This document shows, piece by piece, positions 1-10,149 of a stretch of DNA of 64,000 nucleotides. Source of the DNA: Promethearchaeia archaeon (GTDB taxonomy: Archaea > Asgardarchaeota > Lokiarchaeia > Sigyniarchaeales > SOKP01); NCBI GenBank assembly GCA_029856155.1, contig JAHQWL010000075.1, forward strand, positions 1 through 64,000, in the 5' to 3' direction. Made by a program: the position numbers and the translations under genes. Positions within the stretch are counted from its first letter, which is position 1; each line of letters begins with the position of its first letter. The notes beneath the pieces were generated by a model. It worked only from the letters and a program-made list of their open reading frames with translations. It searched no databases and was not told where the DNA came from.

Positions 1-545
<545 letters not shown>

Positions 546-881
546 AATTCTTAAGAAGTTTCTTGCAAAAACTTTAATTATTTATTGGAATTGAAATATC
601 GCTATTCTTAGGGGTTCTTAATTTAACTTTCTTCAGTTATATTTGTCAAATATATAACTACATTTTTTATACCGCATCTATGATTGAACTCTTCATATAA
701 CGGAGGTTTACCGCAATCCAAGCTTACACCGGTTAAGATGCGATTTGCTAATATATTATAAAGGTACAATATATTTTAAATTTTTTTGTTTTTCTATGAA
801 GGGGTAAGCTTTCTTAATAAATTTTCGTAGTTTAAAAATCTCTATTAAAACTAAAGAATATCATTTCAAAAAGAGAAATTA

Positions 882-1892
882 TTGTTTAAAATGCATCTAA
901 AAGATAAAATTGGAATCCACTTAGATCAAATAAAACAACTCAAAGGGGTAGAAAATGCAGTATTAACTCAGCGAGATGGGAATCCCATTCAATCAACGGG
1001 AGTATGGTTTTCTAAAGATGAAATTTTTAACGTAAGTTCAGCAACTAGTGCAATCTTCAATGTTGGGATCCATCTGCATCCAGAGGATTTAAAATATATC
1101 TTAATAGAAGGGAAAAAAGCCAAAATTTTAATTGCTCCATTGAACAGTCCATTACATATCTCACTAAATAAAATATTAGAAACACAGGGTATTTTAGATA
1201 GTAATCACGAATTTTTTATTGCAATAACAGCACAACCAAACATAAATTTGGGTGGTATCTTCTTACAAACCAATGAATGTTTAAAAAAAATTAAAACAAC
1301 ACTAATAACATCAGGAGAATCTTTTAAACCACCATTAATTCAGTTTAATAATCAGAAGATTCAGAGTATTATCGAAGGGTTCAATCTTAAAGATACTGAA
1401 GATTTAGATTTAACATTATCTTCTTTTTCCTTAAGCTTTTCAGAAGCTATATCCTTAGAATTAAGAAAAGTCCTGAAGAATATTTCTGTAACTATTCCAG
1501 ATCTAAATTATGCTTTTATTACAATTGAAGGAGGTTTTATTGCTTCTAAAATCTTGAAGAAAATTGATTTAGATACTGAAAAGCTAGACAAGATCTCAGC
1601 AATGAGCTATTCACTATTCCAAACAGCTAATAGATGTGCTTGGTTATTAAAAAAAATGCAAGCAGAGAGAATTCTACTTGACTGTCAAAATTCGTTTCAA
1701 TTCATTGATGGATTAGGTAAAGCAATTTTTAGCACGGAAATAGGAAAACAGAGACAAAAATTAGGTTTAATACGATTAATACTCCCTCAATTTTCAAAGA
1801 AAATCGATAACCTTGTTAAAAAAGCCTCAGAAATTCAAGATCATCGAACATTTGATATTAAGAGAATGCTGGGGGAATTAGTAATAAAATGA
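882..1892 (+). CDS. Tandem roadblock/LC7 (MglB-like) domain protein; probable start ATG 891
   Basis: Two roadblock-like units: GVENAVLTQRDGNPI...YILIEGKKAKILI...NLGGIFL and PDLNYAFITIEGGFIAS...ISAMSYSLF...KLGLIRL. Lies in an operon with an MglA-like GTPase. Confidence 0.8.
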   Translation: MFKMHLKDKIGIHLDQIKQLKGVENAVLTQRDGNPIQSTGVWFSKDEIFNVSSATSAIFNVGIHLHPEDLKYILIEGKKAKILIAPLNSPLHISLNKILETQGILDSNHEFFIAITAQPNINLGGIFLQTNECLKKIKTTLITSGESFKPPLIQFNNQKIQSIIEGFNLKDTEDLDLTLSSFSLSFSEAISLELRKVLKNISVTIPDLNYAFITIEGGFIASKILKKIDLDTEKLDKISAMSYSLFQTANRCAWLLKKMQAERILLDCQNSFQFIDGLGKAIFSTEIGKQRQKLGLIRLILPQFSKKIDNLVKKASEIQDHRTFDIKRMLGELVIK

Positions 1893-1904
1893 TATGGTGA
1901 GCTA

Positions 1905-2801
1905 ATGAATTTTTTTACCTTTTTAGATAAATTAAAACGGAACTATAATTCTATAATTTTATATTGTTTATTAGATAGAATTCCGATAATAGTTTTAGGG
2001 GAAGACTCAGATAAGATTGATAACTTTTTGATTGAACTTTCGGAACTTGTCCATTTTCGAAAAGACTATGTATTTTATACCGATTTTATCTCAATAAATG
2101 ATTATGAAAATCTTATATCAAATGAAAATATTGATTATAATTATCAACGTGCCCATATTAGATGTCCCTGTAGTGTTTCAATTAAAGCTATAAATCAATT
2201 TGATGATTTAAATTCATGGCTTATTGGATTAATAATTCCCGAAAAAAGAGATGAAGTAGTTTATATCAAAAACTTAATTAAAGAAAAAGCAAAAGATTTA
2301 CTATTTATTACAATTTCTTCTGATACCATTTCAATAAAGGTTGAAGGAATTAATTTAAAATTAATAGATTTAACACTTGAACAAAATACATTTAAAAAAA
2401 TATCTCAAGATACTGAAAAGTCCATAGCAAAGATGAAGAGAGTACTTTCAGATAAAATAACAACAAATCAACTTGATAAAGATTTATTAAAAACGTTATT
2501 AGACTTTGAAGAAGAAAAAAATGAGTTAAAAAAAAATATATTTAAAAGAGAAGTCCAAAATTTTTATTCGGGTTCAAAGAGAGCTTTCTTTATCTTATCT
2601 AGATTGAATCTACTTAATGATATCGGAATTCAAACTCGAATTGGCAGTAAAACTCTTTTAGAAACGATCGATTACGAAGAAGCACCAATCGAAAGAATTC
2701 TTTCCTTTATTAATAAAGAATGGAGAGAAAATTATTCGTCCTTAATCGAGGATGGTAAGAAAGCTTTTATGGGTGATAAAATAGTTTCACTTTGGGGTTA
2801 G
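1905..2801 (+). CDS. Hypothetical protein with a DENN-core-like N-terminal region
   Basis: IILYCLLDRIPIIVLGEDSDKIDNFLIELSELVHF...WLIGL resembles the cDENN pattern (LL-x-E-x-x-IIF-x-S...L-x-x-L-x-PF...FIIG). Sits between roadblock and GTPase genes. Confidence 0.5.
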   Translation: MNFFTFLDKLKRNYNSIILYCLLDRIPIIVLGEDSDKIDNFLIELSELVHFRKDYVFYTDFISINDYENLISNENIDYNYQRAHIRCPCSVSIKAINQFDDLNSWLIGLIIPEKRDEVVYIKNLIKEKAKDLLFITISSDTISIKVEGINLKLIDLTLEQNTFKKISQDTEKSIAKMKRVLSDKITTNQLDKDLLKTLLDFEEEKNELKKNIFKREVQNFYSGSKRAFFILSRLNLLNDIGIQTRIGSKTLLETIDYEEAPIERILSFINKEWRENYSSLIEDGKKAFMGDKIVSLWG

Positions 2802-2809
2802 ATAATATT

Positions 2810-3403
2810 ATGATTTTTAATTATGATAATAAAACCTTACAAGTTAAAATTGTGTATTATGGACCTGCAATGTCAGGTAAAACAACTTCAATAAAATCAC
2901 TTTTCTCTTATTTTAATAAGGAGCATACAGTCAAATCAATTGATAGTTCGGTAGGACGTACATTATTTTTTGATTTTGGGGTATTGCATTTTGAAGGCGC
3001 TGAATGGAGTTTAAAATTTTTAATTTATTCTGCAACAGGTCAAGATTTTTATGCAAGTACTAGACCTGCTACGTTAAATGGTGTAGATGGATTAATTTTT
3101 GTAGTTGATTCTCAAATCGAATGTTTAGAACATAATAGAAGGTCTTGGAATGAATTGAAAACGTTATTTGGATCCAATTTTTATAATATTCCCATTGTAA
3201 TTTCATTGAATAAATGTGATATTTTTGAGAAACAAAATTTAGAGAAAGATGACTTTTTATCTTACATAGATTATCATAGGTTTAGACATATTTCTTTGAA
3301 AAAAACAATAGCATTAAATGGAAAGGGGGTATTAGATTCCTTTAATAAATTGATTAGATTTATGTTTCCACAGTTAAACATTAATCTTAGTATTAATAAC
3401 TAA
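2810..3403 (+). CDS. MglA-family small GTPase (start moved to ATG 2810)
   Basis: KIVYYGPAMSGKTT (G1), RTLFFDF (MglA switch I with the catalytic Arg), SATGQ (G3), GVDGLIFVVDSQ, NKCD (G4). Confidence 0.9.
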   Translation: MIFNYDNKTLQVKIVYYGPAMSGKTTSIKSLFSYFNKEHTVKSIDSSVGRTLFFDFGVLHFEGAEWSLKFLIYSATGQDFYASTRPATLNGVDGLIFVVDSQIECLEHNRRSWNELKTLFGSNFYNIPIVISLNKCDIFEKQNLEKDDFLSYIDYHRFRHISLKKTIALNGKGVLDSFNKLIRFMFPQLNINLSINN

Positions 3404-3606
3404 TTCTTATTTTTATTCTCGCTTTCAGTCTTTAGGTACATATTTTTAGATATTCTTTTTATATAACCTTGTAGATAGAATTGTTTTAATAAATTTCTCA
3501 CTTTACGTACTTCTACAGCGTCAATTCCTAAAAGACTCATTATTTGAAAAATTGAAAATTGTTTTGGTAAATTTTCCTTAATATTATTATATAATCCCGT
3601 TTTTAA
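3400..3606 (-). CDS. Uncalled small winged-helix protein (~68 aa); start codon uncertain
   Basis: Open frame LKTGLYNNIKENLPKQFSIFQIMSLLGIDAVEVRKVRNLLKQFYLQGYIKRISKNMYLK...* has a wHTH helix/wing pattern. The first in-frame codon after a TGA is TTA and the first ATG is internal. Confidence 0.55.
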   Translation of the reverse strand, partial: LKTGLYNNIKENLPKQFSIFQIMSLLGIDAVEVRKVRNLLKQFYLQGYIKRISKNMYLKTESENKNKN

Positions 3607-3901
3607 TCACATTAATTTTTAAAACTACAAGAATTAAATGAAGAAAGCTTTTTATACTTTATTTAAATTACAGAAAATAATTTAATAGGTGTTTAGGTTT
3701 TTATAATCCTCAAAGTAACTATAATTTATCATTCCTACTTATCGTAGATCATTTTTGTTTAGTTCTTTTCATCGAATTTTTACAACCTTAGTTATCTCCT
3801 AATAATCTTTTAGATCATTATTAATTTTTTTTGTTAATAAATCAAGAAAAATGGAAAATCGATATATTTTTCATATGTTAATTCTAATAAGTCTTAAAAG
3901 T

Positions 3902-4588
3902 TTAAATATCACGGAATTCTTTAAAATTATCTCCGATTGGAGCCTCTCCATCACCATATATCTGGTATAACCCTGTTCTTCTAGCACATTCAATAAAACT
4001 ACGATAAACATTTTTTCTTTGTTCATACAAAGCACAAGAGTTATAAATTATAGGATTCCAAATATACAATTTATGATCGGGTTCATACCATAGTTTTTCA
4101 TCTTTTAACACTTGTTTAAAATCTTCTTCACCAATTACTTCTGTGAGATCTTGTTTATTGAGCATAACTATAAGAGGAATTTCTGTAATTAATTTCCCTC
4201 TTGTAACATTTTTCAGTTCTTTTAACGATTCTATATTATCTTCAAAAAAATGGGTTTGTGAGTCGACGGTAAAGATAACTCCATCGGTTCCCTTAAATAT
4301 TTTTTTTCTTAAAGGTGAGAATCTTCTCTGGCCAGCGACAGTGTATACATGATAAAAAACTTTTCCTCGACTCTTTTGCTTTGTTGATTGAAAAATGCCT
4401 CTATCAAAATATAATGTTGATCCACTTGCCATTGAGATTTTTGTTAAATTTCCAGTAGGTTCAATATCTATTTCATTTTCTTTAGTGTATCTATAAAGCG
4501 TATCTACTATTGTTGTTTTTCCTGATCCTGCCATCCCCCAATATAAAAGCTTTATATATACTTTATGATCTGCTGTAAATCTAACCAT
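3902..4588 (-). CDS. Second MglA-family small GTPase
   Basis: KLLYWGMAGSGKTT, STLYFD, YTVAGQ, GTDGVIFTVDSQ, NKQD. Confidence 0.9.
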   Translation of the reverse strand: MVRFTADHKVYIKLLYWGMAGSGKTTIVDTLYRYTKENEIDIEPTGNLTKISMASGSTLYFDRGIFQSTKQKSRGKVFYHVYTVAGQRRFSPLRKKIFKGTDGVIFTVDSQTHFFEDNIESLKELKNVTRGKLITEIPLIVMLNKQDLTEVIGEEDFKQVLKDEKLWYEPDHKLYIWNPIIYNSCALYEQRKNVYRSFIECARRTGLYQIYGDGEAPIGDNFKEFRDI

Positions 4589-4814
4589 TGAAAATCATAC
4601 CTTATTTAATAAATTTTTACGTAAAATATAGCTCCTTCCTATATATTTCATAAAAAGAGCTTGTTGTTGATGAACTATTCTAGTAATTTTTATTTAAATA
4701 TATTAATACGTATTATTATAATTTAGTATTTATAATTGCTTTGTGATATTTTAAATTTTATTTTTAACAAGATATTTAAAATTAGAGCTCAACTTTACTA
4801 AAAAACGTGAGCAT

Positions 4815-5054
4815 TCATTCAAATTCTACAAATATTTTTCCTAGTCTAATTTTATAATTGCACCATAAAATTAATAGGTTATAATTTTTTCCTATATAAC
4901 CTTCTCTAATAATTAGATTTATAATATCTGAGTACATTATCTCTCTCTTCCCTTTAATTATTTGCTTAAGCTTACTGATTATATTATTCAATAGTTCACA
5001 ATTATTAGTTGTAATTTTCTTGATTTTTCCTAGGTTATTAGCTTTTTGATACAT
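4815..5054 (-). CDS. Small hypothetical protein
   Basis: 79-aa ATG ORF occupying otherwise non-coding space; no recognisable motif. Confidence 0.5.
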   Translation of the reverse strand: MYQKANNLGKIKKITTNNCELLNNIISKLKQIIKGKREIMYSDIINLIIREGYIGKNYNLLILWCNYKIRLGKIFVEFE

Positions 5055-5288
5055 TTTAATTCAAGTCATTTTATTAACTAATTTTATCATCCCTAGTTCA
5101 GATTCTTGATCAATTATATTCTAAATAGAACATTTTAAATTCCTACTTTTTTACTTTTAATCTTCTCTCTCTTTCCCTATAGAATTTTATTTCATTTCAT
5201 AGGAACATCAATACCATTAATGATATCGTTGTTCTACAAAATATAATTAATATTAAGCTTAACCTTTAAACTTAAAATATAAATTAAC

Positions 5289-6323
5289 GTGATCAAGATT
5301 AACCATATTAAAAATTGTAGTGAAGTTACTGAAAATTGCCCAGAATGTGGAGGTAATATAATCATAAATAGTTATGAAAAAATCTGTAAAGAATGTGGAT
5401 TAGTAATTAATAAATTCTTTCGAGAATCGGCTTTTATTTTTAATGATTTAAAAACCAAAATTAATCTAAGCAAACAATATGTAGCATTAGGAGAACGAAC
5501 TGATTTCATAGGTGGATTAGGTTCGTTTATTGATTATGAAAAATCTAAATATTTAAAAGATAAAAGCGGAAAACTTCTACCTCCAAGTGAGCAGAAATTA
5601 TTTCGAAGATTAAAAAAAAATTATGCTCAATTTCTAAGAATCAAAAATCATGAAACTGAATATAGAGTTTTTAATATTTTAAACAAGATTTCGCTATATC
5701 TCAACCTAAGCAAAAATATCCGAAATAATGCTGCTTATTATTATAAAAAAATTATTAAAACTGAAGAAAAAGTAATTAATAACATCTCACTTATAGCATT
5801 TTGTATTTTTTTTGCAGCACGGAAAGAATATCATAATGCTCCTATAACGATCAATGAAATCTCTAAGGCATTTCAAAATTTTGGTCATCGTGTAAATCCT
5901 AAATTAATTTTAAGAGATGGTGTAAGATATAAGCATCTTTTGAATAATGAATCATCACCTCATAAAAGTGAAGATTATCTCATTAGACTTGTAGATGAAG
6001 TTATAAAGCTTAAAGACTTAAAACCGAGATTAGTAAAAAAAGGAGTTATATGGTCTCTTGTTGAATTTCAAAATAGATTAGTAGGTAAGTGTCGTGAAAT
6101 TTTAAAAGAATTATCGTTGTGGAATAGAGGTGGGAGAAATCCCTTTATTTTGACAGGAGCGATTATATATCTCGCAGATAAATTATTGGGTAAAGAATAT
6201 AATCAAAAAGCAATATTAACTCAAAAAATCATATCTCAAGCCACAAACATTGCTGAGTATTCTATTAGAGATCATTATGTAAATCTTTTAAAACCATTGT
6301 TTATAAATAATCACTCAATTTGA
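5289..6323 (+). CDS. Divergent transcription factor B (TFIIB/TFB) paralogue
   Basis: N-terminal Zn ribbon CPECGG...CKECGLV, two cyclin-like repeats, GRNP motif and C-terminal IAEYSIRDHY (TFB helix-turn-helix-like). Confidence 0.8.
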   Translation: MIKINHIKNCSEVTENCPECGGNIIINSYEKICKECGLVINKFFRESAFIFNDLKTKINLSKQYVALGERTDFIGGLGSFIDYEKSKYLKDKSGKLLPPSEQKLFRRLKKNYAQFLRIKNHETEYRVFNILNKISLYLNLSKNIRNNAAYYYKKIIKTEEKVINNISLIAFCIFFAARKEYHNAPITINEISKAFQNFGHRVNPKLILRDGVRYKHLLNNESSPHKSEDYLIRLVDEVIKLKDLKPRLVKKGVIWSLVEFQNRLVGKCREILKELSLWNRGGRNPFILTGAIIYLADKLLGKEYNQKAILTQKIISQATNIAEYSIRDHYVNLLKPLFINNHSI

Positions 6324-6487
6324 AAAATGTAATTAAAAACAATTAATGTGTAAAGAATCCTTTATTAGTGTATATTTAATAGTTAATTAAGGTGGATTAG
6401 GCTGAATTTAGGTCATATTAAATTTTTTAAATTATCTAAATTTATTAATTATAGCATTTTTGAATACATAAAAAATACAAAATTTCC

Positions 6488-6599
6488 GCTTCTGTAGTGT
6501 AGTTCGGTCAATCTAACTTAGTTATCAGTAAACTAGGATTAGGATTAAGCATACGAGGCTCTCACCCTCGGGACCCGGGTTCGAATCCCGGCAGAAGCA
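6488..6599 (+). tRNA. tRNA-Glu(CTC) with a 37-nt D-loop intron (~6512-6548)
   Basis: Acceptor GCTTCTG/CAGAAGC, anticodon arm CGAGG-CTCTCAC-CCTCG, T arm CCGGG-TTCGAAT-CCCGG. Removing 37 nt restores the D arm GTGTAGTTCGGTCAAGCAT. Confidence 0.92.
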
Positions 6600-6680
6600 C
6601 AAATCTATATATCTTTTTCTTTGTTCATATTTTAAAGGATAAGTTATCTAATTTTTAAATTTTTTGAATAACTCATTTGC

Positions 6681-7079
6681 CTAAAGTTTGTCTCTCTTAA
6701 CAGATATTTTATTTAGAAGATCGAGCAAATTTAATAACATCTTAGTGTATGTTTCTATCAATTGTAAATGAGTCTCATTTTTTAATTTATCAGTTATCAT
6801 TTCTAATTTTTCAAACAATACATCTTGTAATAAAGATAATATCTCAATTTGTTTGTTTTGGTTATTAGTTCCTGGCTCTTTATTATGTAATATCTCCGTT
6901 CTTTCATTGCTATGATTTTGACTGGTTGCTATTAAAACTTTTCTATTGCATGTTGGACAAAAAATAATTCCATTTTTATTTCGAAAGGTTGGGTTATTAC
7001 AAATAGGACAAGCCATGTTTAGCATAGTACTTCCAGATCTAAGAAGATCCGCCATTTTTTTGATATTTTCATTAACCAT
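6681..7079 (-). CDS. UPF0148 / Sjogren syndrome-scleroderma autoantigen 1 family Zn-ribbon protein
   Basis: MADLLRSGSTMLNMACPIC...FCPTC signature. Confidence 0.85.
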   Translation of the reverse strand: MVNENIKKMADLLRSGSTMLNMACPICNNPTFRNKNGIIFCPTCNRKVLIATSQNHSNERTEILHNKEPGTNNQNKQIEILSLLQDVLFEKLEMITDKLKNETHLQLIETYTKMLLNLLDLLNKISVKRDKL

Positions 7080-7145
7080 TATCTGTAATCTCTTTAAAAT
7101 TAGTTAAATTTTAATCATAAGAGAGACAAATTTGACTTGGAAAAT

Positions 7146-7340
7146 TTATTCTTTTTCCCTTATTTTTAATAAATTTACAATATATCCTGAGATTCTATTT
7201 CTTAAATGTTTTGAATCTACTTCAAGATATTTATCCAATAATTTTTTATTTTTTTCAAAATCGGTGGTAAACACATTCGGGTATTTGTTTATTAATTCTT
7301 TTGAAACATTTTTTATTAAAATTGTTCTTACTTTTCCCAT
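7146..7340 (-). CDS. rps17e: 30S ribosomal protein eS17
   Basis: MGKVRT...FTTDFEKNKK...SKHLRNRISGY. Confidence 0.96.
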   Translation of the reverse strand: MGKVRTILIKNVSKELINKYPNVFTTDFEKNKKLLDKYLEVDSKHLRNRISGYIVNLLKIREKE

Positions 7341-7402
7341 TTCGATTACATTTATTTATCATTTCTTATTTTGACATTAAATATTTGGCAAAATAAATTT
7401 TT

Positions 7403-8671
7403 TTGGAATTATTTGGGTTTTTATACTTTAAATTAGAAAAAAATAGTGTGAAAAAAAAATATATAATGATACTTCCAATTCTATTAATAATAGAATTTAT
7501 AACTTTAATCAATCCTGTTAATGCTTTTAATTGTAATTTAATTACTTTGGATACAAGTCAAACTGAATATTATATAAATGAAGATATTAATATATATGCA
7601 TCTTGGGAATTATATTTTAATCCTGCAAACGAAATCGCATATACTCAAATCCATATATTAGATAATTCAGATCAAATTATATGGAATTCTTCAAAAAATA
7701 ACCAGATTGGAACTCATGAACAGAATTGGACGGTTAATATTGAAGAATTCATTTTGGATCCTAGAAATGACTCATATATACTCTTTATAAAGTTTTTTAT
7801 CTTTTATTTTCAAATTGATACAACAAATACTATGTATACTTACTTAGAAACAATAGTAATTAGAGCTATAAAAAGAAATGTCGCATGTGAATTAATTGGA
7901 TATAAAGATCATATAAAAATAGGTGAAAACGTATCTCTTATCGCAAAATTTTATACTGAATCATCAGAAAGTGTTTTTAATTTAACTAATGAAATAATAC
8001 AATTTATGACATCTTTTAATAATATAACAATATATTATTCTAATTACACGACAGATATAGGTGGGACTATTAGCTTCCAAATATCCTCCCTCACGCATTT
8101 AAAACTTGGGCAAAATTTTTTAATATTTTTAATAACAAATAACAGAGTCTTTAATGATTCAAAATTCCTTTATGAAATAATTGTTGAGAAAAATCCCGTA
8201 CTTATTGATATTATAAAATTTAATGATTTTCTTAAAAAAAATGAAGAGTTGGAAATTAATTTGCGATTCTACTATAGTTTCAACCAATCCGAAGAACCTC
8301 TTGCTAATTATAATATTACATTGAAGATTATCGATAATAAAACCCCAGTATTTATCAATGAATATGAAACAGATGAGTTTGGAAATTTAAAAATAAACAT
8401 CTCCCAAGAATTTTTTAATTTTAACCAAAAAAGCCAAGAATTCATAATTAATATTTATTTTAATGGAAATTATTTTTTTGATAATAAAACTTTATCTTTA
8501 GAATTAAAATTAAATCAGGATGTATATTCTGAAATAAACAATTCCTTTCAAATTAACTTCTTTTCTTTTATTTCCATTTTAGTAATAATATTAATACTAT
8601 TTTCTTACATGTTAAGTAATAAAAGAAGTAATAGTGAAAAGTTGCTAACAGATTTAATTATTAGATATTAA
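7403..8671 (+). CDS. Secreted, C-terminally membrane-anchored protein with beta-rich (Ig-like) repeats; true start probably downstream (~7448-7466)
   Basis: Signal-peptide-like ILPILLIIEFITLINPVNA, repeated YTTDIGG / YETDEFG units, C-terminal TM helix followed by a basic tail. Confidence 0.65.
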   Translation: MELFGFLYFKLEKNSVKKKYIMILPILLIIEFITLINPVNAFNCNLITLDTSQTEYYINEDINIYASWELYFNPANEIAYTQIHILDNSDQIIWNSSKNNQIGTHEQNWTVNIEEFILDPRNDSYILFIKFFIFYFQIDTTNTMYTYLETIVIRAIKRNVACELIGYKDHIKIGENVSLIAKFYTESSESVFNLTNEIIQFMTSFNNITIYYSNYTTDIGGTISFQISSLTHLKLGQNFLIFLITNNRVFNDSKFLYEIIVEKNPVLIDIIKFNDFLKKNEELEINLRFYYSFNQSEEPLANYNITLKIIDNKTPVFINEYETDEFGNLKINISQEFFNFNQKSQEFIINIYFNGNYFFDNKTLSLELKLNQDVYSEINNSFQINFFSFISILVIILILFSYMLSNKRSNSEKLLTDLIIRY

Positions 8672-8949
8672 ATTAAAAAGATATGGTTTTTAAACAATTT
8701 AAAGTATTATAAAATTATATCAATGAAAGGTTAACTTTCCATAGTCGACATAAATCTGAGAACCCCCTCTTATTGAGTTACAGCTAAATAATTTTCCGAA
8801 AGCTTTTAGAGTGATTTTTAGGAAGAAAAGGACATAAATTCAAGATAAAGATTTAAAATTCTGTGTTAAAAAATTAATACTCCGTCCTTTATTATAAACG
8901 ATTATTTTCTTAAATCACCATATAGTCTCATTTAATAAATCATTTGATT

Positions 8950-10149
8950 ATGGAGTACTTAGAAGAATTACTAAGAAGGCCGTCAGTATTTAAGGATGAA
9001 AGTAAACTTGATATTAATTTCATTCCAAATAAATTGCCACACAGAGATAAAGAAATTTCCCTATTATCTCAACTTTTTCTTGGATTAATTACTAATCCAA
9101 ATTCATTATCAAGAAAGATCTTAATAACTGGAAAAACTGGAATTGGAAAAACTGCTACTGTAAAATTATTTGGAACCTTATTAGAAAAAGCCTCAAAAAA
9201 ACGAGATATAAATGTAAAATATGTTCATGTTAATTGTAGGAAAGAAAGGACAAGTTATAAAGTGTTAATCAAGCTAATCCAATTAATAGACAATAAATTT
9301 CCGAAACGGGGATATTCTTCACAAGATCTATTAGATATTCTGATTGAATTTCTATATCGCCATGATTTACATTTATTAATTGGTTTAGATGAATTAAGTT
9401 ATCTTATAAATAAACACGAAGATTTAATCTATTCATTAACCCGGATTAACGATGACACCTTAAAAGGGGATCAACGATTATCACTTATTGGAATTGTAAG
9501 AGAAATCTCATGTTTAAATAATTTAGATAACAGTACGATGAGTACATTGCAAAGAAATATAATTAATTTTAAGCCCTATTCGCAAGATCAAATTTATGAT
9601 ATTCTGAAATATAGAGCAGATATAAGTCTTAAAAACAATGTTATATCTAATAAAATGCTTGAAACCATATCTGAGATTACTTTTAGTTCTGGGGATGTTA
9701 GAACTGGATTAAATATTATGTGGAGATCCTGCAAAATTGCTGAAAGTAAGAATCTGAAATATGTAAATGCTGAATGTATTAGGTTGGGAAACCAAGATTT
9801 ACTTCCCTTTTCAACATTGGATATTCTAGAATATATGAATTCGCAGAAAAGAATATTCTTGCTCGCGATTATCAAAGCTTTAAATAATAGTGAGCAAATT
9901 GAAATTTCGTTTAATGAGGCTTTAAAAAGTTATAATATGGTATGTGAAAATTTAGGTTTAAGACCTAGATCTCATTCACAAGTATGGAATTATCTTCAAG
10001 AATTTAAAAGAGACAACATTGTAGTGGCTGATGTTATAAGCGAAAAAATAAAGGGTAGACGTGCTATTATCAAAATTACTGATTTAAGTTTACCTAATTT
10101 AGAAAAAAATACAATAGAAATACTAAACTCTAAAGGATTTAAAATTTGA
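8950..10149 (+). CDS. cdc6: Orc1/Cdc6 replication initiator
   Basis: FIPNKLPHRD, Walker A GKTGIGKT, VHVNC, Walker B LDE, GDVR sensor and a C-terminal wHTH. Confidence 0.93.
   Translation: MEYLEELLRRPSVFKDESKLDINFIPNKLPHRDKEISLLSQLFLGLITNPNSLSRKILITGKTGIGKTATVKLFGTLLEKASKKRDINVKYVHVNCRKERTSYKVLIKLIQLIDNKFPKRGYSSQDLLDILIEFLYRHDLHLLIGLDELSYLINKHEDLIYSLTRINDDTLKGDQRLSLIGIVREISCLNNLDNSTMSTLQRNIINFKPYSQDQIYDILKYRADISLKNNVISNKMLETISEITFSSGDVRTGLNIMWRSCKIAESKNLKYVNAECIRLGNQDLLPFSTLDILEYMNSQKRIFLLAIIKALNNSEQIEISFNEALKSYNMVCENLGLRPRSHSQVWNYLQEFKRDNIVVADVISEKIKGRRAIIKITDLSLPNLEKNTIEILNSKGFKI

Noticed and set aside
630-745. Inverted repeats in the 16S leader (GTTATATTTG/CAAATATATAAC; CGCATCT/AGATGCG)
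   Set aside because: Expected pre-rRNA leader structure. The partner strand of the processing stem lies outside the window, so no separate ncRNA is called.
4630-4661. SECIS interpretation of the GAAA-containing hairpin
   Set aside because: It lies 5' of a gene with no in-frame TGA, and no selenoprotein candidate is nearby.
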